NCBI RefSeq assembly: GCF_963921235.1
Contig: NC_086097.1
Location: 174,780,001-174,844,000, forward strand
DNA from: Mobula hypostoma
Lineage: Eukaryota
DNA length: 64,000 nt
Reading direction: 5' to 3'
In this document: in pieces, positions 1-12,187 of the stretch
Position numbering within the stretch: the stretch's first letter is position 1
Layout: each line of letters opens with the position of its first letter
Program-made: the position numbers and the translations under genes
The notes under the pieces: model-generated
Database searches by the model: none
Told to the model about the DNA's origin: nothing
The model's input: only the letters and a program-made list of their open reading frames with translations

Positions 1-1095
1 ACTTGTGCTCTCTCACCCATGCCCAGCAACCCTTTTAATGTGAATTCCTGCATCCCCAACTCCCTTAATTTATTTCTCATCATCTCTCTCATACTTCCTG
101 CAACACAAAACTACATGTTCTACTGACTCCTCTTCCTGACATTCCTCACACAATCCTGTCTGGTGTTTCTCTATCATTTTCAATGTTTTGTTTAATGCAC
201 AATGCCCCAGCCTTAACCTAGTCCACACAATTTCCTCTCTTCTGTTTCCATTACCTACCCTAGTAACTGCAACACTCTTTTGTATTTGATATAAATGCCT
301 CCCTTTCCCCTCCCTGTCCCATCTTTCTTGCCACATTCGGTTGACTTTTTCCCAGATTACACACTTAACCTCTGCTTTACTGATACTAATGTGCATTTCC
401 ACATTTTCTTTCTTTAACGCCCTCTTTGCCAACTCATCCACCCTCTCATTCCCCTTCACCCCTACATGTGCTGGAACCCATAGAAATTTTACCTGACCTC
501 CCTGATTTGCAATTCTTGTAACTAACTGAAGGACTTCGTAAAGTACATCTTGCAGACTGTTTGTGTGAAAAGACCTTAAACTTGCTAGAACTGAGGACGA
601 ATCTGAACATATCAATGCTTTGGCTTGTCTGGCTTTCTGCACCCATTGCAACGCAACCAACACTGCCAGCATCTCCACTGTAAACACCCCTAACTTATTA
701 GATGTTCTTCTGCTGATTCCAATTTCTTTTGCTGGTATTACCACCCCAAACCCTGTCACTCCTGTTTCAGGTTCCTTCGCACCATCCATATAAATGTGAG
801 TATAATCACTATACTTTTCCATCACATGACAGTTAAATGCATTTACCAAATCTGTTTTATATCTTTCTTTCCTTTTTACCTCTAACAAATGCCAGTCTAT
901 GTCAGGCCATACAAGCTTCCATGGAGCTACAACTGGATAAACTACTGAAGGACTTATCCTCAGATCAAACACTCCACATTCTTTCGCGATATCATTCCCT
1001 ACCCGACTAAAGGTATCCCTCTGAAACCTCCCATTTTCCCAGCACTGCTGCAACACTCCTTTAGTAGGGTGAGAATCATTGTGCCCCTGCAAGAA
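1..1095 (-). mobile_element. I-group (Nimb-like) LINE, 3' fragment: RNase H plus C-terminal CCHC knuckle (ORF 70-1092)
   Basis: ORF has RNase H motifs YMDGAK, EMLAV, CSDS, WVPAHVGVKGNERVDELAK, then RLRLGH and CEECQEEESVEHVVLCC. This order is typical of I/Nimb ORF2 ends. Confidence 0.85.
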
Positions 1096-1099
1096 TCCC

Positions 1100-1980
1100 G
1101 GCGATGATCTTTACGTGCCTGAGTACTCGAGCTGTTCACTTAGGAGTGATTGAGTTCATGGATGCATTTAGCTGCACTAATGCACTGAGAAGACTCTTTG
1201 TCTGTGGTCCCTTTACAAGGCTATACTCTGACTGTGGTATGAATTTTGTTGGTACTTGCCATGAACCTGAGATCCAGAAAGTGATGGAAGACTCTAAGGT
1301 GCAGAGGTATATTAACACCCCAGGCTCCACTAGGGACTTTAATCCACCACACTCCTCACACATGGGCAGGGCATGGGAGCACATGATCGAGGTGTCGTGG
1401 AGAATCTTGGACTTTCTGCTGATGTACATATGATTTTCCAGCTTGAGTCCTGAGGTCTGTGCACTCTCATGGCAGAAGTAATGACTATTATCAACTGGGG
1501 GCCATTGGTTCCAGTCTCTGCAGATGCAGACTCACCTTTGATTCTCACTCCTGCAATGCCTCTCATACAGAAGCACAGTGCACCCATCCCCAAATAGAAA
1601 CTTTAAAGAAAGGGACCTCTATACACAGCACTGGCATTGAGTGCAGAATTTACTGATCAATTCTGGAGGCAATAGAAACAAGAACATCTGTAGACACTGC
1701 ATGTTCACCACAAATGGCAAGAGTCATGATCTAACGTTGAAGGTGATGTCATGCTTCTGAAAGACAGCAGTGGAACCCAAAATGACTGGCCCATGGCATT
1801 AGTAACATGCACCTTTCCAAGTGAAGATGGAAGAGTTTGCAAAGTAGACAAGGCAGAGGTCAAGCAAGAAGCTCTTCAGGCCTATGTCGGAGATTGTTCT
1901 CCCTCTGAAAAAGTAGGACTGAACTTTGTAACTTGTTCCATTAACTGTTTGTAGTATCTTTATAGATGTCAGGTGGGGAG
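1100..1980 (+). mobile_element. BEL/Pao LTR retrotransposon, decayed integrase region
   Basis: IFTCLSTRAVHL, LYSDCGMNFVG, FNPPHSSHMGRAWE and WPMALVT.TFPSEDGRV are BEL/Pao integrase motifs; interrupted by stops. Polypurine tract (aggtggggag) ends at 1980. Confidence 0.85.
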
Positions 1981-2591
1981 TGTTCAAGCTTACTTGTTAA
2001 CTAATAATACTGTGGATTTTATTTTGAAATTCCATTGGACCACAACAGGAAGGTAGCCATTTTTGTTTATAGTAGTGTTTTTCAGTCGACTGAAGCACAC
2101 GTACTCAAATCGGTGCTGCCTTTCTTTTGTCTGTGCCCTCGAAATCATCATCTGCAGGTGTTGTTTTAGTTCATAAACGAAAACACCATCTGAGCAATAT
2201 GTTGTATTAAAATTACATAAAAGTTTATTCCTGATTGTTAGCATAGTGTTTGACCAGCCTTGGTAACTTAAAGAAATGTTTACATGATATTAATCTCCTT
2301 GCATACTTTAAAACTTTCTTTATTCACATTGCATATAATTCTTGGATATTTTACATTAGTTTAGCTTCATATATTCCTAATTTCTTCGGAATGTGTGCTT
2401 AATTGTCATAAGTTTGCTGCATTAAGTGCCCATGGTACTTTTCTGTTTCTCATTCAGTTTTACTCCTATTCAATTGTATATGTAAGTACTGCCCAATAAA
2501 GCACATGGAGCTTGGAGCAATATCCTGACTCCTGTATTCAACTGAGTAGAGTTTGGCTTGCTGCTGAATTGTGTACTTCCTACTTCACACA
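1981..2591 (+). mobile_element. 3' LTR of the BEL/Pao element
   Basis: Begins TGTT immediately after the PPT, contains AATAAA (~2495) and ends near ...cacaca. The 3' end is uncertain by a few bases. Confidence 0.6.
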
Positions 2592-4574
2592 CAAAGAGAG
2601 CAGTACAGTTCCACTTTAAATCTTTCCCCTCTCAACTTAAACCAATGCTCTCTAGTTTTAGACTCCCCTACTTTGGGGAAAAAAGTTTGTGTCCACCTAC
2701 CCAGCTATGCTGCTCATTATTTTATAAACTTATAAATAGAGCTCTCTGCCCTAATGAAGGGAATAAACGTCGACTGCTTATTTCCTTCCGTAGACAGTGC
2801 CTTACCTGTTGATTTACTGCACCCATTTTGTGTGTGTGCTCTGGATTTCCAGCATTTGCAGAATCTCCTTGTGTTTCTAATTGTTAGCATTCTGTTATTG
2901 CTTTCTCCTCTTGCATTACCTCAATATACTTGCGTATGGAATGATGTATCTGGATAGTGCTCAAAAAGAGAACTTTTCACCGCATCTTGGTGCATGTGAC
3001 AATAATATCATCATGATCTGAGTTTACAATAGACCATGGCTGATCTGACTGTAACCTCAACTCCATGTTTTAATTTATGCTGGTAACCTTTCACACTCCT
3101 TGCTAAAGAAAATCTAAACCTTACAGACTTTAAGGATCTCAACTGGTCCCTTTTTAACATGAACAATAAAAAATACACAGCACTACTTCAAATTACAGCA
3201 CAAACATAGGTGGTTTGGTGGGACTAATGATCTACTGTGGCCTTGATCTATCCTTCCCCAGCGAACTCTCCTGGCAAACTTGCTCTTTTCTTTGTTCTCA
3301 CACATGCTCCATTTTCTTCCTAAATACTTCTATGCTCTTCTTTCCAGTCTACTGTTGCGAGATTTTAGCTTCGGTGGTAGATCTGGGAAGCTGCTCTGCT
3401 TGGAGTAAAGGGGTCAAAAATGGACAGTGGAAATGGACAAGATCATGATTAGTTTAGACAGGGTTTAGGAAGCCATCCTCATTAGAGTCATAGTTATAGT
3501 CACAGAGCACCACAGAATCAGGCCCTTCTGCCCATCCAGTCCACACCAACCTGGTTTTCTGCCAAGTCCCATCTACCTGCACCCAGACCATAGCCCTTCA
3601 TATCTCTTCCATCTATGTACTTATCCAAACGTCTCTTAGATGTTGCAAACAAACCCATATCCATCACTTCTAGTGGAAGCTTGTTCCATACTCACACCAA
3701 CCTCTGAGAGAAGAAGTCTCTCCTCAGGTTCCTCTTAAGTATTTCACCTTTCATCCTGAACCTATGACATCTAGTTCATACAGTTTGAGAGAAAAGAGCC
3801 TGTGTGTATTTAAGCATCTATATACCCCTCATAATACTGTATCCTTCTATAAGATCTCCCCACGTTCTCCTGTGCTCCAGGGAAGCAAGTCCCAACCTAT
3901 TCAACAACTTCCTATAACTCAAGTCCTCAATTCCTGGCAAAATCCTTATAAATGTTCTCTATGCTCTGTTGAGTTTGGTAGATGGATTATGGACCAGGAC
4001 ATGGATTTAACCATTTGGACAAAAGAAAGAAGAGGAATGTGAGAAAAAAAAACTTCTGTTTAGACTTCATCATTCCAAACTTTCCAAATCACTGCTTGTG
4101 ATGGAAACCAAATCCACTTGGGCTTTTGAAAGGAAATCCAACATGCACTTAATATATAAAAAATCGTAGGGGAAGGGCAGGGATTGGCACAGAAAGATTT
4201 TGATGGACTAAATTTTTTCTTCTGTACAAATTTTGATACTCCCACAAATGGAGACAGTCAGAGAGAGAAATTGATGCTTGGTTGAAAAGGCAGTCATCTG
4301 TACTCCCCAACGTATTGGAGTCCTTTTGGATCAGAATGTGTGGGGTAAGTTAGTCCACAACAAATACCTGAGCACATGTTTAGCACCAGAAGCCAGAAAA
4401 TCAAAACATTTTCTACACTCAGTACGAGCAGTACCTCAACATTGGAAGCTGCAAGAGGTCACATGACTGCTCAAGTGATCCAGAGAAATGGCTCATCAAA
4501 AGGAATAGGAACAAGTTACACAATAAAAGCTGGGAAATTGAAATTTACTTAACTAGACTTGGGTCTATTGTTGA

Positions 4575-5085
4575 TTTTTAAATTCATTCACGGGATGTAA
4601 ATAAATCTAAGATATTCATTGTCCATTTCCCACAGCCTTTGTGGGGCCATTTCTGGGTCAACCATTTGGTGGGTCTAGAGTCACGTAAAAGCCAAAGTTT
4701 TCTTGATAGACATGGTTTAACTAATTACATGAATATTTACCCCCTTCTACCCTGGTTGAGTTTGAACTCTCATCCTTGAGCGAGCATGCAAACATGAAGA
4801 TATGTCAAGTAACTTAACCATTCAGGGAATGTATTCTGACAAAGGGTGTGAAATGTTAACTCTTATTTCTCTTCCCAGAGATGCTAACTGACTTGCTGAG
4901 TTTTTCTGTCATTTTCTATTTGTCTAACATGAAAACCTATCAGATTTACCAGCTGAAACAAAAGCTGCCATCCTTACCCAATCTGGTCCATATGTGACAA
5001 CATACAGCAATGTGTTTGAGACTCAAGAGCAGTTAGAATTGTGCAGTTAATGGTGATTTTGCCATATCTGTAGAGGAATAAAAAA
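4575..5085. mobile_element. Old Deu-domain SINE-like (SacSINE1-like) remnants in both orientations
   Basis: 4575-4790 (minus) and 4940-5085 (plus; gctgccatccttacccaatctggtccatatgtgac) resemble the shark DeuSINE core and tail as recalled; heavily diverged. Confidence 0.4.
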
Positions 5086-5574
5086 TATCTACTTGAGAAG
5101 ATGGGGAGTCAGTTTGCCTTTTAGTTATTAAACTTTTCAAACTAATTTCTACCAGGACCACATTGCACATTAATGTTCTATGGATCTTCTTCAGTAAAGC
5201 TAGTGCCTTGTACAGTAATATAATTTAAGAATGGGTCAATTAGTTTAATGTTCCACTGTTGAAGTATTATTCAATACTGGGTCCAGTTAAACCATTCATA
5301 AGGATAAAGAATGAGATTGCCTTATAGGTCAGACTGAGGGGGAGAGATTCCTCAGGGATGCCCACAATTAAACCCACAATTATAAATTACTATGTTTGCA
5401 CATTTAGATGGAGATGTAATGTAAAGATTTTTACTCCTCGTGTATATGAGGAATGTAAGAAATAAAGTTAATTCAATTCAATTAGCTTACTGAAAAATTT
5501 ATGGTGGCCTTAATTTTCCTTCATTCACTTGTTTCTCTGGAGAGGAATAATCAAATAAACTTTAGAACAAAAAA

Positions 5575-5825
5575 AGGTTTACAAGGATGTTGCCAGGCCT
5601 TGAGCAACTGGGTTAAAGAGAAAGGTTTGGACAGGCTAGGACCTTATCTCTTGGAGCATAGGGGAATGACAGGTGATCTTAGAGAGGTGTATAAAATCAT
5701 GAGGGGCATAGATAACGTGAATGCACACAGTTTTTCCCCCAGGGTTGGGAAAATTAAGAACTATATGGCATAAGTTTAAAGTGAAAGGGGAGAGATTTAG
5801 TAAGAAGAAGAGGAGCAATTCTATC
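5575..5825 (+). mobile_element. CR1 LINE 3' fragment
   Basis: LGPYLLEHRGMTGDLREVYKIMRGID is the CR1 ORF2 C-terminal motif. Confidence 0.8.
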
Positions 5826-6089
5826 TGCCGGGGAGGGGCAAGGATAGATATTGGATAGGTAAAGTGACATACTTGTTCAACACAATCAAAATGCTAGAGG
5901 ACCTCAGTAGGTCAGGCAGCATCTATGGATTAAGGATTAAAGATTACTTCTATTTGTTACATGTACTGTACATCAAAATATTGAAAGGTATAGTGAAATA
6001 TACGTGTGTGTCAACAACCAACACATTCCGAGGATGTGCTGGTTGCAGCCACAAGTGTTACCATGCACCCTGCACCAAAATGACATGTC

Positions 6090-6256
6090 CACAACTTACT
6101 AACCCTCACCCATGTCTTTGGAACATGGGAGGAAACCAGAGCACTCGGAGGAAATCCACAGGGTCATGGGGAGAACCCACAAGTTCCTTACAGACAGCGG
6201 TAGAAACTGAACCCTGGTCACTGCCTCTGAAAAGCATTATGCTCACTGCTGCATTT
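6090..6256 (-). mobile_element. V-SINE (HE1-like) remnant
   Basis: gggaggaaaccagagcactcggaggaaatccaca...ggggagaacccacaagttcctta is the reverse complement of the V-SINE central domain. Related copies at ~16570-16760, 34935-35130 and 48880-49050. Confidence 0.6.
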
Positions 6257-6257
6257 T

Positions 6258-6640
6258 AGTGACGTTCAGGGGAATAAACAAGTGACGCTTTGAGCCGAGA
6301 CCCTTCACCGGGACTGGAAAGGAAGAAGTCAGAATAAGAAGGTGGGGGGAGGGGAAGGTGGGGAACACAAGCTGGCAGGTGAGAACAAGTGAGAGGGAAG
6401 GTGGGTGGGTGGGGGAGGAGGATGGTGTGAGAAGCTGTGAGGTGATAGATGGATGAGGTGGTAGGCTGAGGAAGGAGGAATCTGATAGGAGAGCACAGTG
6501 GAGTGAAGGGAAGGAAATGGGGAACTGGAGGGAGGTGAAAGGCAACATGCACAAAATGCTGGAGAAACTCAGCAAGGCAGGCACTATCAATGGCAGGGAA
6601 TAAATAGTCAACATTTTGGTCCGAGACCCATCATCAACAA
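6258..6640 (-). mobile_element. Penelope-like terminal-repeat fragments with two degenerate hammerhead motifs
   Basis: Two copies of the conserved pLTR segment (aatgctggagaaactcagca...ccgagaccc) around a purine-rich spacer. Confidence 0.7.
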
Positions 6641-6889
6641 CCACAGCTACAGAATTGCTTGCATTTATGAGGGTGATGGGCAGGTCATGGGACGGACGAG
6701 AAGAGTAGGGGTGAAAGGGTCACAAGCAGGAAAAACACAAAGAGGGTGGGGAGAAAGCAGGGTGATATCCTGTACTGACTGCCTATTTCCTTTACCTCCC
6801 CGATGGGCACCAAGCTACCTGCATCCTGCTACTTAGGTTTGACTGCTTCCCTGTAACACCTGTAATTGTACTCTCATCTATGCTGCTTT

Positions 6890-7310
6890 CTCCTCCAAGA
6901 GGACCACAACCCTGTCAAGGTTTGGAGGCTTGTGTGACTCAACGACCCAGAGAGCTCTGCTGGCTGGAGTCAGGGCTTTATGCTTTGGCTCTTGATAGGG
7001 TCACCAATGCCAAACAGGTCAAAGGGTAGAGGACAGACTAAGAATGGTCCACCGGTCTCCCAGGTTCAGGGTTCAGCTCAGGGTTAACAACCCTGACCGG
7101 TAAAACAAAATGGTTACGGAAACAGCAATGAAGAATCCTTCCACATCTGAGTTTGATGGTATTCCTGCGTCTCCACCCAGGACTTGAATGACTGACAGTA
7201 GTAGTGAAAAACCGAGGGGAACCTACTGACATGATGAAGGAAGCCGTGAACACTGCCAGAGATGGAGGACTCTAATTGCTGCCCTAAACTCCAGTGCTGT
7301 AAGAGGCATT
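6890..7310 (+). mobile_element. RTE-clade bipartite non-autonomous element (5' UTR joined to the ORF 3' end)
   Basis: The 5' part resembles RTE/Expander leaders (ggaccacaaccctgtc...gatagggtcacc...cagactaagaatggtcc...ttaacaaccctgaccggtaaaa). The 3' part encodes RWRTLIAALN, like RTE ORF ends. Confidence 0.55.
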
Positions 7311-7316
7311 ACTTAC

Positions 7317-7466
7317 TGACTGTGCTGTTTTCTACTTTGATGTAACAGCACTCTGTAAAACCATTTCTTCACCAGTTGGCACTCTGTTACTGATTCATTA
7401 GCAAATGCGACCAATATGTCAGTACTCTTAACTAAGAAAACTCCCATCATCTTTACATATGTACAT
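7317..7466 (-). CDS. Candidate internal coding exon of an unidentified minus-strand gene (CTYVKMMGVFLVKSTDILVAFANESVTECQLVKKWFYRVLLHQSRKQHS)
   Basis: Non-repeat sequence with acceptor ...ccaaacag and donor gtaagt; 150 bp (frame-preserving) and open in only one frame. No homolog recognised. Confidence 0.35.
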
Positions 7467-7784
7467 CTGTTTGGATAAATATGGAGAAACCAAATGCTTT
7501 GTTTCAGCAATAAACAACATGCTTTCTTTATTATCAGTGAAGTAAAATCTAAATTTAGCTCTTTAACGTGTAGTTTACAACACAGAAGGGTTATTTCACG
7601 GATATAGAGGCACTGTGTTGAGACATACATCTCAGCAATTTCTAAAAACAGGAAATTTTCAGATGCTGGAAATCGTGAGCAACACACACAAAATGCTGGG
7701 GGAAACCAGCTTATCAGGTAGCATCAACGGAGGGAAATAAACAGTCATAGTTTTGGGCCAAGACTCTTCATCAGGACTGGAAAG

Positions 7785-8414
7785 CGGACATCCCACCCTG
7801 CAAAAACTCATTTCAGGGAAGAAGCACCCCTACCCCCCACAACCCCATATTCCCCCTCCACCGGTTGACCTCCAAGGGTGTATGTAATACATTGTTGAGT
7901 GATTTTGTCTAATCTGTAAACCAAGTTGGGTATATGCAGAAAATGTGACATTAAAATATGTACTTATGTTATATTATATTATCATGTTTATTCTATTACA
8001 ACTTTAAGCAAATCTACAGGGAGTTTGGCCTCATCACGTAGGACATCAATTGAGTAGCTCCTTAGCAGCCAGCCAGCTAGTTTAAATAACGTTGGCTATG
8101 CTAATGAACAAATGACACCTGTTAAACTCACCTCAACATGTCTTTTACATTTTAACCCACCGTGGGCAATAGAAAAGTCACTGCTGCAAACAGTGCAGCG
8201 AGCAACACTGTTATTATTTTTGAGGTCGACTGTAAAGCCCGCCCACAGAGAAAACTGATAGGTCTACTTAGCACGAAGAGAGACCAATCAGGATGCTTGC
8301 TCTCCCTCTCAAAAAAATCGATTTCCGGGATATTGTATATAATTTCCGGGCATCAGGGAGCCACTATCAATATGCGGGAGACTCCCGGAACTTCTGGGAG
8401 AGGTGGGATGTCTG
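7785..8414 (-). mobile_element. Non-autonomous hAT-type DNA transposon with 6-bp TSD (copy 1)
   Basis: TIRs cggacatcccacc / ggtgggatgtctg; GGAAAG duplicated at 7779-7784 and 8415-8420; internal remnant NNSVARCTVCSSDFSIAHGGLKCKRHVE (minus strand). Confidence 0.85.
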
Positions 8415-9290
8415 GGAAAGGAAGGGAGCAGAAGCCAGAGTATGAAGCTGGGGATAGTGGGAGGAGTACAAGCTGGCAGGTAATAGGTGAAACCAGAAGA
8501 GGGGGGAGAAGTGTATGGGTGGGGAGGGGGGGAGAAGTAAGAAGCTGGGAGGTGATAGGTGGAAGTCGCAAAGGGCTGAAGGAGGAGGAACCTGTTGGGA
8601 GAGTACAGCGGACTGTCCAGCTGGGAGATTTGAGCTGGGCCATCGAGCCGGTCCTTAGGCCGCAGGAGAAGCCAGATTGGGTTCAGAAGAGCTGACCTGG
8701 GCGGAGTCCATGCTGCCGCCTGTTACCTGGGGGCATGAAAGTGGTGTGAAACCATCTTGGATGTTCCTTTTGCGATCACCAGACCCTGTTGGACGCTGAT
8801 TGCCGCAGGCCTGCTTCCCTTGCTTGGTGGGAAGGCGGGCGGCAAGGCAGCAGTGTTGCCTCAGTTGTAGATAGGACTAGGCCTCAGTCCTCCGGCTTGC
8901 AGTGTAGCGTGGGATCAAGGATTGGTTGTGGGTGCCTCTCCCATCGACGCTGCCCTCCAGTAGTGGATCAGTAGAATTACAGGCTCTTCTGCAGGGAACC
9001 ATCACTTTGCAGGACTTGTTGCTCAGGAACTTGGCCTAATTTCTTACATGACTATGTTCTTTTTTTCCTTTCTCATTGCTTTGAATGCATGTGTATGTTT
9101 TTGCACCTTGGCCCAGAGGAATGCTGCCTCTCTCGGCTGTATCCATGTCCGGTTTGAATGACAATTAAACTTCATTTGATTTGATTTGAAATGGAAGGAG
9201 GTGTGGCACCAGCAAGTGAGAAGAAGAGAAGGGGTGAGAGGGGAAGTGCGAAAAATTACTGCAAGTTACTGTAGAGAAATTAATGTTCAT

Positions 9291-11709
9291 ATAACCATAT
9301 AACGATTACAGCACGGAAACAGGCCATCTCGGCCCTTCTAGCCCGTGCCGAACTCTTACTCTCACCTAGTCCCACTGACCTGCACTCAGCCCATAACCCT
9401 CCATTCCTTTCCTGTCCATATATCTATCCAATTTAACTTTAAATGGCAACATCAAACCTGCCTCAACCACTTCTGCTGGAAGCTCGTTCCACACAGCCAC
9501 CACTCTCTGAGTAAAGAAGTTCATCCTCATGTTACCCCTAAACTTTTGTCCTTTAACTCTCAACTCATGTCTTCATGTTTCAATCTTCCCCACTCTCAAT
9601 GGAAAAAGCCTATCCACTTCAACTCTATCAATCCCCTTCATAATTTTAAATACCTCTATCAAGTCCCCCCTCAACCTTCTACGTACCAAAGAATAAAGAC
9701 CTAACTTGTTCAACTTTTCTCTGTAACTTAGGAGATGAAACCCAGGCAACATTTCAGTAAATCTCCTCTGTACGCTCTCAATTTTATTGACATCTTTCAT
9801 ATAATTCGGTGACTAGACCTGTACACAATACTCCAGATTTGGCCTTACCAATGCCCTATACAATTTCAACATTACATCCTAACTCCTATACTCAATGCTC
9901 TGATTTATAAAGGCCAGCATACCAAAAGCTTTCTTCACCACCCTATCCACATGAGATTCCATCTTCAGGGAACTATGCACCATTATTCCTAGATCCCTCT
10001 GTTCTACTGCATTCTTCAATGCTCCACCATTTACCATGTATGTCCTATTTTGATTAGTCCTACCAAAATGTAGCACCTCACATTTTTCAGCATTAAACGC
10101 CATCTTTTAGTGCGCATGCGCCGGTCGTGCATGCAGCCTGTTACAGCCGCTCCGACTGGTTTTCTTATTTTTTTAACTTATGTTATTTGTTGTATTTTTT
10201 TTCCGCGGTAACACGTTGAAGCTGCACCCTCTCTAACATGCTGGTGGAGAGAGTTTTATTTGGGTTTTTAGTGCTGGAAATAGTTATATTCGGACACGTC
10301 TCATTAGCGGGGCAGAAGCATGGTTGCATTGTTTATTCCAGGGACCAGCTGTTTGCGCTTATGCCGGCCGGTTTAGCCAACGGAGTGGCGGACACCCCGG
10401 CTGAAATCTGGAGGAAAACACACAGAGGATGCAGAGGGGTGTCAAAAAGGCGAGGAAAGAGGACCGGGTCCAGACAACAAAGACTTATGGAGAAGAGGAG
10501 TTATAAGCCATGTCTTCCCTCTCTCATTATGGGCAATGTGAGATCGCTGGGTAATAAAATGGACGAGTTGATGGTGCTAGCCAGGAGTCAGAGAACATTT
10601 CAGGAGTGCAGTGCTATGTGTTCTACTGAAACGTGGCTGCACGAGGACATACCCGACCAAAATGTTTCCACAGAGGGCTTCCAGACTGTTTGGGCTGACC
10701 GGAAGTGCACTGAGAGCGGTATGCGTAAAGGAGAGGGGCTTGCTGTCCTGGTTAACAACAGAAGGTGCAATCCTGGTCAGATTATGATCAAGGAACGTGT
10801 TTGTAGCCCGGATATTGACCTTTTTGCTGTTGGACTCCTGCTATATTCCACCGAGATACAACACTGGGCATCACGGGAGGTTGTTCCTGCCTGTGGCCAT
10901 CGAACTTTGCAGCTCGTCCCGTGGAGGGTCAGACACCCTGAGCCAATAGGCTGGTCCTGGATTTATTTCCATCTGGCATAGTTTGCATATTGTTGTTTGA
11001 TTGTTTGTGGTTTTGTATTGCTATATTTATGCTCTATTCTTGGTTGGTGCAGCTGTAACGAAACCCAATTTCCCTCGGGATCAATAAAGTATATCTATCT
11101 ATCTATCATCTGCCATCTTTCAGCCCACTCTTCTAACTGGCCTAAATCTCTCTGCAAGCTTTGAAAACCTACTTCATTATCCACAACGCCACCTATCTTA
11201 GTATCATCTGCATACTTACTCATCCAATTTACCAACCCATGATCCAGATCATTAATATATATGACAAACAACATTGGACCCAGTACAGATCCCTGAGGCA
11301 CACCACTACACAACTGTCCTCTAATCTGACACACAGTTATCCACCACTACTCTCTGGCGTCTCCCATCCAGCCACTGCTGAATCTATTTTACTACTTCGA
11401 TATTAATGCATAACAATTGAACCTTCCTAACTAACCTTCCGTGTGGAACCTTGTCAAAGGCCTTACTGAAGTCCATATAGACAACGTCCATCGCTTTACC
11501 CTCATCAACTTTCCTAGTAACCTCATTAAAAAATTCAATAAGATTTGTCAAACATGACCTTCCACGTGCAAATCCATGTTGACTGTTCCTAATCAGACTC
11601 TGTCTCTCCAGATAATTATATATACCATCTCTAAGAATACTTTCCATCAATTTACCCACCACTGACGTCAAACTCACAGGCCGATAATTGCTAGATTTAC
11701 TCTTAGAAC
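9291..11709 (-). mobile_element. CR1 LINE, 5'-truncated RT/3' end, interrupted by a Rex1 insertion
   Basis: [40 protein letters not shown] and RRRLRGDLIEVFKI; 3' tail (ataaccat)n at 9291. Confidence 0.9.
10106..11106 (+). mobile_element. Rex1/Babar-like LINE: 5' end (APE N-terminus) fused to 3' end, RT missing
   Basis: ORF 10238-10981 has YSRDQL, LPSLIMGNVRSL.NKMDEL and TETWL. It then switches (~10845) to a 3' end matching the Rex-type fragment at 57715-58100, ending in aataaag(tatc)n. CATCT is duplicated at 10101-10105 and 11107-11111. Confidence 0.8.
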
Positions 11710-11893
11710 CAGGTTCATGTCATCAGGTTGGAGACTACCTAGTTAGAATATGAGGTATTGTTCCACCAACCTGATCGGTCTCATCGTTTCAGTAGAGGAG
11801 GTTATAACCAAAATCTTGGAATGGGAATGGGAAGTTGAATTGAAATGGGTGGCCACCAGAAAATCCCACCTTGTGTGGTGAACAGAGCAAATA

Positions 11894-12187
11894 CAGTTGA
11901 AGTCAGAAGTTTACATACACCTTAGCCAAATACATTTAAACTCAGTTTTTCACAATTCCTGACATTTAATCCTAGAAAACATTCCCTGTCTTAGGTCAGT
12001 TAGGATCACTACTTTATTTTAAGTCTGTGAAATGTCAGAATAATAGTAGAGAGAATGATTTATTTCAGCTTTTATTTCTTTCCCAGTGGGTCAGAAGTTT
12101 ACATACACTTTGTTAGTATTTGGTAGCATTGACTTTAAATTGTTTAACTTGGGTCAAACTTTTTGGATAGCCTTCCACAAGCTTCTC
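11894..12187 (-). mobile_element. Tc1/mariner right end (IR/DR plus transposase C-terminus), Sleeping Beauty/salmonid-subfamily-like
   Basis: TA then cagttgaagtcagaagtttacatacaccttagccaaatac (outer DR); inner DR cagtgggtcagaagtttacatacact at 12084-12109; minus-strand EKLVEGYPKSLTQVKQFKVNATKY* at 12187-12113. Confidence 0.9.

Larger units (their letters stand above)
7645..11890 (-). mobile_element. Penelope-like 3' fragment split by nested insertions (pieces ~7645-7784, 8415-8591, 9190-9290, 11712-11890)
   Basis: pLTR/hammerhead-like motif at 7743-7778, purine-rich spacer, and the reverse complement of the GIY-YIG tail (ATHFNST-like) at 11712-11890. Confidence 0.7.

Noticed and set aside
4060..4345. 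Unique segment with splice-like signals on both strands
   Set aside because: Plus-strand frames contain stops, the minus-strand acceptor is weak, and no homology was recognised.
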